Source of the DNA: the human T2T-CHM13v2.0 reference genome, Homo sapiens
Length of the DNA: 64,000 nt
Direction: 5' to 3' (one strand)
Assembly (NCBI RefSeq): GCF_009914755.1
Contig: NC_060934.1
A model generated the notes under the pieces. That model ran no database searches. It saw only the letters and a program-made list of their open reading frames with translations, and was not told the origin of the DNA. The position numbers and the translations under genes are program-made. Position 1 is the stretch's first letter. The number at the start of each line of letters is the position of its first letter. This document shows positions 1 through 12,233 of this stretch, piece after piece.

Positions 1-830
1 AAGAGCTCTTTACATGCCAAGAAATGAAGATCTCTATTTATCATGTAGGTGGCCAAACTCTGACTTGTTTCTCCGATTTGTTGTTTGTCTTTTCACTTTG
101 AGCAATTTTCCTTGACAAATGGTAAGTTTGCATAATTTTTTAAAATTGTGGCATGTGGATATTTTTCCTGTTAAGTTTTTCCCAGCCTGAACTTATATAA
201 ATAAGATTATCCCGTTTTCTTTTCTAGTATTTTTAAGTTGAATTTGGCACCTTTAAGTCTTTGATACATCTGGCATTTACATTGGTATCTAGGGAATTAG
301 CTGGGGGTATAGATTGGATTTGTTTGTCAAATGGCTAGTTAATGTTTCAACAATGCTTCTTATATAATCCATGAGTTTTCCACTGATCTTAAATACTATA
401 GTTATTGTATTCTAAATGTATATATGTGTTAGAGTTTATCTTTGTCTCTATTTTTTTACCTTGTTCTTGTCTACTCCGTCAACCCCCAATTGTTTAATTT
501 ACTCTAGTTTCATAACACATGTAATATCTGGATTTTTTTACCTCATTTATTTTTCATCTTCAGATTTTTTCTTTCTATTTATGCAAGAATAATATTCTTA
601 TGAAATTTAGAATTTGATAATGTAAAAAAAATTGTGTTGAGATGTCTATTGGGATTACATTTAGTTTACATTGCTGAAATATTTATTCATTCTAAGAACA
701 GGGCATTTTTTTCCTTGTAAGTCTTTCAGCAGGATTTTAATTTTTTTTTTCATATGGATGTTTTACATTGTTGGCTTGGCTTATTCTAATTATTTTGGTC
801 ATTGTTGAAATTGTAAGTGAGAACTTTTTT
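1..830 (-). mobile_element. Old LINE-1 (L1M/L1ME-type) fragment, ORF2 3' region
   Basis: T-rich strand with antisense L1 ORF2 motifs such as tttaagtctttgatacatctgg and ttgggattacatttagtttac. Boundaries approximate. Confidence 0.7.
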
Positions 831-1398
831 CCTACTAGGAAAGAAATGCAAACATGCGCGAGCATGCACACACACATACATATATGTATGTATGTATCTC
901 CGTAGATTAAGATTCATATTCTAGCACTAAGACCAAAACTGAAATAGATCCACTCTAACAAAAGCTAAAGGCAAGCTGACAGGATCAGGAGATCTGCCAA
1001 TAGTTTAATTACCTACCAGAACAGAGCTTAACATCCATTAAAGGCAACATAACAATACACCCTACAACATGTTATAAATGTTCAGCATACAATAAAAAAT
1101 TATTACACAAAGCAGGAAAATGTTATTCATAATCATAAGAAGAAGCATTCCATGGAAATATACATATGCTGGAGAATTTAAAGGCAAAGAGGTAGATAAA
1201 ATGTGAAGGGAGCAGGAATCTTAGCAGAAAAGGAAGACCCAAAGGTAAGTTCTATTCCAGAAGAGCAAAATATCCGAAGTAAAATATTCATCCAGATGAG
1301 CTACTCAGCAGGTTAGAGAGCAAAGAAAGGGCCCATAACTAAAAACTGACCAGTAGAAACTCTACAAACACAGAGAAAGAAAAACATAGAGAAGAAAG

Positions 1399-1435
1399 TT
1401 TTTTGTTTTTGTTTTTGTTTTGTTTTTGTTTTTTT
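1399..1435. repeat. (TTTTTG)n simple repeat
   Basis: ttttttgtttttgtttttgttttgtttttgtttttt read directly. Confidence 0.9.
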
Positions 1436-2357
1436 ACGAACAGAGCCTCAATAACCTGGAGGAGAAAAATTAGCAATGGAGTAAGTTTGCGACAGGATTT
1501 CCAGAAGGAGAGAAAGGACGGAATAGGTCAGAAAAACATATAGTTATATATAACAAATAAATAATGCTGAACTATTTTCAAGTTTCAGGAAAAGCGTCCA
1601 TCTACAGGTTGAAGAAGCACAACAATCCTGAACTGGGAAAACGCAAAGAGAACCATGCCTGCGCACACCTCACGGGAAACCGGTTGAAAATCAATGATAC
1701 AGAACACCCTGAAAAGAGCCATAGACAAATAACACATTAAATACACAGAAAAAAACAAAGACAGCTGGCTTCTCAGCAATCAACCAATCAAGGCCAAAGA
1801 TGAAGGAATAACATCTTTAAAGTGATAAAAAGTAAACACTGCCAATCCCTTATTTTACATGCACCGAAACTACTTGTGGCAATCAACAAAAAGCAGTAGA
1901 TAAGAAAAATTTGTAGCTTTAAATGAAGATATTTCCAGAAAAAACTATAAAGTCACTGGTAGTAGATTTCTTCTAAGAAGATAGAACATGCACAGCAAAT
2001 AAAACACAAAAACTAATAAGGGAGTAAAAAAAAATAAAGATCAGATAAATCAATGAAATAAAAAACAAACAATAAAGAAAATTAACAAAGATAAATTTAG
2101 GTCTTTGAAAATATTAACAAAATCACATTTTATTAACCCTGCCCATGACTAATCAGGGAAAAAGAAGAAAGAAAAATACACTTACCTACACCATGAATGA
2201 AGAGGATGTCACCTGTTACTCATACCCTAGCCATTGAAAAATATTATGAAAATACTGCTAACAACTTTATGCCAGTATATCTTACAAATGAGAGTAAATG
2301 GAAAAATTCCCTGAGAAACATAACTTATCAAAACTGACACAAGAAGAAGTTTGAAAA

Positions 2358-2526
2358 TTATATTTCTAATTGACAAAGGAAAATTGTGTCTATGGTGTGC
2401 AGCATGATGTTTGCAAATATCTATACATTGTGTAATGGCTTAACAGGGCTGATTAACTTATGAATTCCCTCACATTTGTCATTTTTTTGTGGTGAGAACA
2501 CTTGAAATTTAATCTCTTTTGAAATG
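2358..2526 (-). mobile_element. Short L1MA-type 3'-end fragment inserted antisense into the older L1
   Basis: Matches antisense L1MA 3' end (ttttttgtggtgagaacacttgaaat). Flanked by a degenerate direct repeat agaagtttgaaaa (2345) / agaaatttaaaaa (2527), consistent with a TSD. Confidence 0.75.
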
Positions 2527-4308
2527 AGAAATTTAAAAAATCTGAATAGTATGATATTGGTTAAAGCAATTAAACTTACCATGAAAAGCCTGGGCACATG
2601 CACACGTGTGTGCATAGACACCCACAGGCTACCTTGTATCAAACGCTTAAGGACAACATAAAGCCAGTCGTACACGAACCCTCTCAGAAAGTAAAGTGGG
2701 AGAGACCACTTCTCAGTCATTTTTTGATGCCAGTATAACTCTGATACCAAAAAGCATATTACAAACAAATGTAAAGAAGAAACTAATATTCCTTATGAAG
2801 GTACAAATAAAATGGTTAATAAAATATTAGGAAATCAAATTCAGCAATATGCAAAAAGGCTAATACATTCTTGGCAAGTGAGTTTTATCCTAAGTATTCA
2901 AGGTCAACTTAATATTTGAAAATTGGTCAATATAATTCTCGCCAAATCTCCAAAATTAAGGAAACAAAAATGTGATCATTTCAACAGATGCAGAAAAAGC
3001 ATCTGTTGAAATTCAACACCAACTCATGACAAGAAAAAAGCAACTCTCATTAAATTACAAAATAAGAGAACTTGCTCGTTCTGATAAAGGGAATCTGTAA
3101 AAAATATCTACATCTAACATGACGTTTAATGGTGAAATGTTCAATGTTTTTCTTCTAAGAATGATATAAGACAATGGCATATTGTTATCACTTCAATTCA
3201 GCAGAATAATAAAGCAAAAAAAAATGCCATAAAGTTGGAAAGGAAGGAGTAAAATTATTTTTATTTTCAGATGACATGATTGCATTATAGGAAATTCTAG
3301 GGAATCTTCAAAAACACTGCTAGAACTAGTGAGTGAACGGAGCGTGATCACAGCATAGATAAATATAAAAATTCAACTGGACTTATACATACTCATTACA
3401 GAAAGCCCACTTTAAGAAACGGCGCCATCTACAGTAACATAAAAAAAAAAAGATCTTGTTTAAGAATAAATTTAATAGAAGCCATGCCATAATAGGTAGA
3501 CAACTACACTGAAAACTGAAAAGACAATTTCTGAGAGAAATTTTTTAAAAACTAAATAAATGAAGAGATAAACAAAATTCATGGATTAGAAAACTCAGCA
3601 TTATCAAGATGTCAGTTTTCCCCCAAATTGATTTCTATAGATTCAACATAATGCCAATCAAAATCTTAGCAAACATTTTTGAAAAAAAAAAAAAAAAAAA
3701 GCTGATTCTAAAACATATGGTAGTAAAAAAAAAAAATCTAGGACAGCCAAAACAATCTTAAAAACAATTTACAGAATTTTTACTACCTGATATTAAGACT
3801 CACTATATACTATAGTTACTAAGGCTATGTGATTTTAGCTTATGGTATTACAAATAGATCAAAGAGATGGAGCAGATTAAGAAATTCCAAGATAGATCCA
3901 CCTATATATGGTCAAATGATTTTTGATAAGGGCCAAATGGAATTCAACAGGGAAGTATTATCTTTTCATCTAATAGTGTTGGAACAATTGGATAAGCATA
4001 ACAGAAGAAAATGCACTTTAATCTCTGCTTTACATACCAAATAATAATAATAATAATAACTTGAAATGTATCATAGCCCTAAACATAAAAGCTAAAACTA
4101 GACAACTTTTGGAAGAAAATATAAAAGGATGTTTTTGCTAACTTGAATTAGGAAGATTTACTAGAGAGAATGCAAAAAGCACTAAGCAAAAAACAATAAT
4201 AATTTATCAATTGGACAGCATCAAAATTAGCAACTTCTGTTCATCGAAGGTATCTATTAAGAAAATGAAAAGTCAAGCCACAGACTTGGAAAAAAGAAGT
4301 ATTTGCAA

Positions 4309-4405
4309 TTATATATATCTATAAAACTATATACACATATATAGATAGTTATAGATATATATACACACACATATATACACTCACATATATGTATATATAT
4401 ATATA
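4309..4405. repeat. (TA)n/(CA)n low-complexity tract inside L1
   Basis: tatatatatctataaaactatatacacatatatagatag... read directly. Confidence 0.85.
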
Positions 4406-6249
4406 AAGGCTTTGCACCCAGATTATATAGAGAAGTCCTAAAATCCACTAATAAAAATGAAAAAAAAACATATTTTAAAAGAGGCAAAAGACTTGAGGTA
4501 GACCCTTCACAGGAGAAGAAATATGAATGGCCAATAAGCACATGAAAAGATGCTTTATGTCACCAGTCATCAGGATACTAACAATTAAATCCACATTATA
4601 TGCCACTTTGAACTTAACGGAACAGCTAAAATTAAAAAGACTAAACACTAAACGTTGGTGAAGATGTGGACCAACTGAACAGAGTTAGACATTGCTGATG
4701 GGAGCCTAAAGTGGTATACTTTTTTAAATGACGTAATTGCTTTGGGAAACAGGCAATATCTTATAAAGTTAAAAATACCCTTATCTTATGATCTAGAAGT
4801 TCTAGTCCTTAGTATTTACCAAAGACAAATGAAAATGTATGGCCACAAAAAAAAACTTGCACGTGAATGGTTATAGCAACTGTATTCATAATACCCCCAA
4901 ACTGGAAACAACAGAAACGTTCATCAACAGAGAAATAACAACTCCATGGTGGTATATTCCTATAATGGAATAATACTCAGGATTACAAATATACTGATGC
5001 ATATAGCAACATGGATGAATCTTGAAAACATCATGTCGAGGGACGGAAGCTAAACACAAATGTGTACATTCTGAATGACTGCATTTATATGAAGTTTAGA
5101 TAAAAGTAATTGATGGTGATAGAAATTAAATAGTAGTTGTCCATAGGAGTGGGAGTTAACTCTAAGGAGGCATGAGGAAATCTGGTGATGGAAAAATTCT
5201 GTCAAGATTGAGGTTTTGGTTACACTGGTATATGCACCTTTGTCTAAACTCATCCAAATTAATGCTGAAATACCGTGCATTCAGCAAGTTCAGATTTTAC
5301 TTTAAAATATTGGATATCCTTCTGTTATGATTATTTTGCCAGTCTGATACTTACATATATTTTTCTATGTTTTGACATGTTAAGGAAGCATCCATATAGT
5401 CAGAAATTTATGTTTAATCTTGTTTTCTTTTTTTTTTTTTTTTAACACTGTGATGACAGAGGGAGAAAGAGAGAATGCAAGAAAGAGATTTGGTTCAGTT
5501 TTAACCAAAAAAGCAATCATGCGATGTGAATTATTTTATTATTTATTCTATTTTTTGCTCCAGTGTGTGACATGGACAGTCTTTAAAGTCAGCACTAATA
5601 AGACAGCCTTTTAAATTTGCATATTACAGATTAAAATATGATGGCACCTTCTCTTAAAGATCACTTCCTGACTCTTTTCAGTCCCGCTCATCAGGGTGTG
5701 GGGGGTGCATCCTTGAAGGCCCCTTTGCTTAGTGAGCATTGTAGAATTTGCTCTAAAACATCTATGAATCAAGGTATACTCTGGAAATACACCATTTCTC
5801 AAACAAAGGTTAAAGGTTACACAGCTGTTTCATTGCATAGTAATAAATCAGTATTCTGATTCCCAGAAAATGACCTAAAAATGCTTAGCACAAACACCAA
5901 CTTCGTAGGCCTTTTCAGAGGAAGTCCTGGTGGTTCTGCCATTGCCAAGTGGCCTTCATCTTAATGTTCATTGCTGGATACCAGTGTCACAAGGCAGGTC
6001 TCGCTCACACTTCCTGGCATGCTGACTTGAATCGCTAAACAGTTCCTCAATAAATAGGCATAGGTATTAGAAGTTTCACAAGAAGACTGAAGAGTAAAAA
6101 CATTTTTACTTACTCATATCTATGGAAAAAAATGTGTGTGTGTGTTGGCGGGGGGTGTATGTGTATACAATTAAAAATCTGCATCTTCAATGAAACAAAT
6201 GACCAAACAAAAAGCTCTCTGAAACACCAGGCTTCAATCAAGCTGCCGG

Positions 6250-6763
6250 TAGCATCACAGGGATCTTCTGGAGATCCCTCCCTTCCCACCTTCAGTTCAC
6301 ATTTCCGGTGGAGCTCAACTCTCCTCCCAGTCCTGGGTGGGGAGGTGGCCCAAGCTTGGCCAATCAGTGCAGCACATCCATCCACCCACAGTGACCAGTT
6401 GAAGAGCAGCCTTGGGGTCACATGGGCCTAGTGGAGGTCGGCACCAGGGCTTTCCCTGGAACTGAGGTTCTCTTTCTATGTCAACTGCCACCCTTCTGAA
6501 CAGTATCTTGATCCCCACTGGGAAGTCAGATTAAGCATGAAGCCAATGATGTACTGACCACTTAGTACTTCAACATGAAAGTACTGGGGGAAAAAAGCAC
6601 AGATAAAAGCAGAATGAAAGAAAAAAAAGTATGGATTCATTTATTATTATTGAGCCTCTGGATCCAGATGGGACTGTCATCAATGATCAAGTCAATATAT
6701 TCCCTCTTGTGTTTGAGATATTTTGACTTCTTTTACTTGCAGCCAAAAGAGTCCTGGTTAAAA
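6250..6763 (+). mobile_element. Old ERVL-MaLR solo LTR (MLT1K/L-like)
   Basis: ttggccaatcagtgcagcacatccatccacccacagtgacc internal motif and 3' end ttacttgcagccaaaagagtcctggttaaaaca, typical of late MLT1 LTRs. Confidence 0.65.
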
Positions 6764-9700
6764 CAGCATCCAGGGAGAAGTTGGATTTCACATTTTTCTT
6801 ATTTACACTACGCAATGCTAGAGAAAGACAGAATTATAGCCGTGAAGTTTGCCTCTAACGTTGTCCGAGGTGGACATTTTGAAGCATGTAAGAACACATG
6901 GAACACAGCATTTGTTATTCATTTTTAAGGCAAACCAAGTCAAAATTAAACAAAAGGACTACTTGACAACTAAATTCAGCCAAGCAGGATGTGAATTCAA
7001 ATAAAGAACTCAGTTGTACGCTTAAATGAATTTGATGTTCTCATTCTCCAGCCTTTCTCGAATAATTCTTTATTTTGGAAACTAAATATCTGTGGAAAGT
7101 ACGGATTTAGAAAAGAATGCACTAGTTATCCTATTCTTTCTTTGTCATCATTTATAGCAGAGTTAGCAGTGGTCACAATAAGAGCATAACCACTGAGCAC
7201 AAGACAAGTGCATACATTTTGAGCGTAACTTATCTGTTGTCTTTTAACCAGCACATATTGACACTAATCAATCTCAGAGCTTGCTCTGTTGGCTTCTTAT
7301 TTTGTTTTGTTCTGTTCTGCTTTCCCTTTTTAAAATAGAATGCTTGATAACATGGCAGGAAGCCAGTAATCCGCACATTAAGTTTAGGTCAATGCTAACC
7401 TAATATCTCCCCAAAGCTTGACGTGAATGGGCAAAGGTCCCCAGGAGAACTGGTCCCCAGAGGTCACACAGTACATTTAGGGAGGAAACAGGTCCAAGAC
7501 TCCTTTGGTCCCGGGACAGTGTGATGTTGGCTCTGTCAGTTACCATCTATCCATTGAGGAAATTAGTGTTTTCACTTCCAAAGAAGGTTCTAGGCACATC
7601 ACACTTCCATTTCTACTCCCCAAAGAATTTTAAATTAGTCATAGAATGAACGTAAAGTGTGATTTTACATTTCTGTGGAATTGTTGCCATATTTTCCCCA
7701 TAACAGTGATTCATTTTAAGGCCTTCAATTAGTCAAGAGGGAAAAAAAAAGGTGTTACTCTTATTGGTACAAATATTATGTGTCTCAGCACATCATCCCA
7801 AACAAACAGATGAAAGGGGCTTATCCCTCATAGACTCAGCTTGTAGTCAGACATAGCTGCCAGTGTTCAGTGATTTTCTACAGGGACAAAATCTGGGAAT
7901 CTTGGTTTTCTTGGAACAGTGGTACATCCTCCCCTTTCCCCGATCTCTGGATTGAGTTTAAGCCTTGATATTTAAACTCCCCCAGAGCAAAATGTACATG
8001 TTTTGTGATTTTGGAAATTTTCCTTCTATTGTGTTAGCCGATTGTTTAAAAACAAAAGAACCCCAAATCCATCCAGCTCAAGTCAATTTCCTCTCCCTCT
8101 CTTCTGATCTAGAAAACTAAAACGAGGGAACTTTCCTTGCTGACTTGACACTACAAATTGAAGAAGGGAAACAGTGTGGGAAAATGCCTTGGTTACATGG
8201 AAGCCTTGGAGAAGGCCCAATGGTAGAGCATCCCCAGGGTGTGAGAGTTGGAAACATGATGAATGAGCCGGCCGAGAAGCTCTGCCTCCTCCCGGCATAT
8301 GTTTTTGTACTCTCTTCCTAATATATTACAGGATTATTGCTAAGGCGTGAACAGTTCTGGAACTCCTCCTCATCCCTTAAGACTTAGCCAGCCCACCCCA
8401 TGTTTTACTTGAAACATAAACTACTTGCAAAGACAAGGCTCACACAATCATTACGAGGGCACAGAGCCTTAACAATGAAGGTGCACCTGTGCTTCATCTG
8501 GGGCTTTCAAAATAGCAATGAGTTTCACATTTTTAAGGGGGAAAAAACCAAGAATAACACCATGCTTTATGGAAGGGTGGTAAATCCAGAATATGTAACA
8601 GTATGTATACTTGTGCTTGGTACCATATTGAGATTTCTTTAAAAATTGTTTCCTGAAAAAAAAAACAAACACACCAGCCCAAAATGTTCCCATCTATTAC
8701 AATAAATGTGGAAAAATGTCGTCTTAGGTTTTCTGGGTTCTGAATAATGATGACATCAAATGGTGATGGTAATACTTCTGTGAATTTCCAGAAGGTTTTT
8801 GAGCCTTTTATACAGATCAGTGAAGTTTTCTTCTTTTTTTTTCCCTTTCAGAGACAAAAAGTTATACTTGTCCAAAGTTTAATGAAAGTCCAAGAAACTG
8901 CGTCTCTGTTTCAATCCACACAAGGTTCATGTTGATCCACACTAGAAAGGCTTTAGGGAGAAAAGGGAAGATCTGAATGTTGGGTTTGTGATATTCTGAT
9001 TCAAAATCTACAAAAGCCAAATGTTCAAAATTTCTCTCAAGTGGTTAAATGTCACGTCTGACAGGAGGAGATATTCATGAAGTTTTTTTTTTTTTTTTAA
9101 GTGCAGTTGGTAGAGGGAAGCCACAGGAGCTAAAAGGCAGGTCCTGGCTGTGGGCTCCTGCTGAGTACACAGGCTGGGTGTGGGACCCTGGGCTGGCCTG
9201 GGCACCTGCTTTCCCACTCCACACCCTCCCAGACACAGGCACCAGGGTCTGTGCTGGGAGAAGCCACAGAACATCTCAGAGGCCTCAATTCAAAGGCAGG
9301 AGTGCAGAGCAATGGGGTCGCATTTGTTCCCAAAGATGCCCAAATTTACTCTATGAAACTCCTTCTTCTGTAAATGGGTGGGGTGCTTGGCCCAGAGTTC
9401 ACTGTTCTCCTTGTCACCGCCAAGACTGCAAGACTTTTCAGGGAGCCCCTTCCTCTCTTTCTCGTGCCTCTCCCCTCTGCCTGCCGTAATGCCCCCCCAA
9501 CTTCTCGGAATCTCGGTGACTTCTTTAGTGTCTGTGTCACCTCATTACTGTCCAGGAGCCTCATAGGTTTTACTGGAGGGTTCTCCTGGTAGAAAGGGAG
9601 TCTCACGGACACACTTGATTTTGCCATTCCTCCTCCAGCCTTTACTGTATCTGCTGCTCTCAAACCTTGGGGCAGAAAAGAAAATGGAAACCAGAACTTT

Positions 9701-12221
9701 AAGCTTCAATTGGAAGGAGGGTGAGAAAAGCAAAGAGAAAGAAAGAGAAGGATTGGAATCCAAATATCAACAAATTTGCCTTCCAAGCAAACCCATCTTA
9801 TTTCCACCCACCCCAGTCATTTTTATTCACTCTAATCCCACTGGTAATTAATTCCTTTTCAGCAATAGTGGTAGATTTATTTGATTTAAATTTAATACAG
9901 ATAATCCAACATTTTCCAGCTGATATAAAAAAACTTGTAGGCAAAACTCATAAAAGTCACCACAGGAATGAGCAGAATTTTCTTCATTCTGCCGAGCAGC
10001 CCAGTACAGAAGATACTCTTTGGGTCTGGAATGGGACTCCTCTCGCAGTCTGGGCTCCTGGTCAACCGCTCTGTGCCTCCATCTCCTCCACTGGGAATCT
10101 CGGGTCATGGGCTGTGGAGACCACAGAAGCCAGTGCATGAAAGGCCGTGTAAGGCTGTTCCATACATGCTGGAGGGTGGCCTCCCATTGGAGTAACGGAG
10201 CAGAGAAAAGGTGGCAGTTGGCGTTGACAGATAGCTGTGTTCCAGCGACACTGGGTTATGAAGAGGAGAGATGTTCTGCTAACCAACCCTTCCACCTGTT
10301 ACAAACTCAGATGAATTTCTGAGAACACAAGAGCCAAGTCAGGTAAACAGTGTGGCCAGCCCCCAAGATGGAGAGAGGCCTACGGAAGTTTTAGAGACAA
10401 TCCAGCCATTGATTTATTTTTCTGTGCATATGATACTGCAGAGATTCTAGAATTCTCCTCTCCTCCTCTGCCATTCTAACACCAACATTTCTGCCCCTCC
10501 ACCCCACCATCTTCCTTGCACAGAATTCCCAGAGCTGCAGACCTGAATTCACCTGTGCATGGTCTTGACTGCTGTCCTTGCTGTTTGCAGAGAGTGTCAT
10601 CTGCCAGCTACCACAGCACCCCAAGAAAGTGAAGGCAGAAAGACCAATGCCAGGGGGACAGGAGTGGTGAGGGGGGGAGTGGGAGCATCCAGAACTCATC
10701 TCCTAAAAACAACTGCCCTCTTGTGAACTGCAGGTCTTAGTTGGCAGGGAGAAGCCCTCAGCCCAGCTGTGGACACCAGAAAGGATCTTCGGGATGATTG
10801 GAAGGCAGCCTCCAGACATGAGCCTACCTGCACCCCCTAAAGAGACAGGAAGGGAGGGCAGATGTGAGAGGCGTGGCTCAGAGACAGTTTTCTGGATGAC
10901 ATCTTGGTCTAGTATTTTGGGGGTGACTTGCTGCTTAAAATAGGGGCCGTTGCTCCGATCATGGATCTTACTGAGATGAATGAGACCCCCTCATTTCTGA
11001 AGGGAGAAAGGCATTTTGATCCAGTTGCTGAAGCTTGGCTCACATGCTAAATTCACAGCATGGTCCCTGTGACAAGAAGCACATTCTTCTGGCACACATT
11101 TATTCCTGGCTTTTAATTCATTGCAGCTCCTCAGCCACACCTGATTGTTTTTCTTCGGGGAGCTGGACACAGAGTACCTTGTGTTTCCTGTGCCTGTACC
11201 TCGCATCCCAGCAGCCGTGGCAGTGCCAAAGCGATCGTGTGCATAACAGTGTTAATAAAAATCCACTCCAGAAATGGAATGGGGTTTCCAGAGGCCCACG
11301 GCAACCAAACAGAGCCCCAAGTCCCTTTTTTAAAAACTGCAATGCCTCCTCCTTCCCCCGAAATGTTTATTTTATCTGTTTTTTAGACATAAAAAGGCAA
11401 ACAATGCTGTAATTATCTTTAGAAAAATGGGAAGTAGCAAGAGCCTGAGAGAATGAATCATGCGTCTGTTTTCTCTTTTTCCTTCCATAACTGTTTCTTT
11501 TGGAAGATACCTGAATTGTGGTTATTAATTTATCTTTATGTGATTTCCAGCTGCTGATCACGTGTTAAACCAGATATGAAGGGGAAAAAAGAGGTGCCTG
11601 GGGACCAGGGCTTTTCTCAAAGTGAAAAGCAGGTTTTTACAATCCCCAGCCCTGGTACCCACGTCCCTTGGCAATACACTGCCATTTCTCCTAGGCGCCT
11701 AACCCAACAAGACACGAAGGGTAGTCAGCTGGAAAATGGAATTTGTCCATACATGGGGAGACAAGCCTGGGAAGTGGATTGCCATGGGGTCAGCTGTGAA
11801 GCCGATGGTGGAGGAGCAGAAGCCATCGCCAGAGGACCCTGGTGGGAGCCACTCCCTGGGATGCCGCACTCCGCTTGAGGCTGAGGACCACAGGAAGCCG
11901 AATGTGATGTGGAATCATTAGAGCCCCTTAAGTACTTTAATCAGGAAGGGCAGGTGACCTTAGGGTGACACAGCGAGAGCCTCCGTCTGGGGACACAGGA
12001 CCACACTTCGCATCTCGCTCCCACCTCCCATGGTTGCTGCCTGGGAAAATCTCTTGACAAAATCAAATTGCAGAGTCTTTCATGATTGGGAATCATGATG
12101 ATGACCTCACTCATGGGGTAAATGAGCAGGTGTGTGGATGTCCTCTCTGCAACATCCACTGTCGCCAGAGGTCATCTCCGCAGCTTCAGGGAAAAGTAGG
12201 CTGAGATCAGCCACCCTCTAG

Positions 12222-12233
12222 AGGTCAAGGTCA
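12222..12233 (+). promoter_or_regulatory. Perfect nuclear-receptor DR0 element AGGTCAAGGTCA (contains ERRE/NR5A TCAAGGTCA)
   Basis: Exact sequence aggtcaaggtca. Function is not shown by sequence alone. Confidence 0.35.

Larger units (their letters stand above)
900..5310 (+). mobile_element. Long degenerate LINE-1 (L1M, L1MC/ME-type 3' end): ORF1, ORF2 and 3' UTR remnants
   Basis: A-rich strand. ORF 3829..4044 contains IDPPIYGQMIFDKG, matching the L1 ORF2 IDPHIYGQLIFDKG motif. Also tcaacagatgcagaaaaagcat (RT region) and 3'-end motifs such as gcaacatggatgaatcttgaaaacat. Many stops and frameshifts. Confidence 0.9.
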
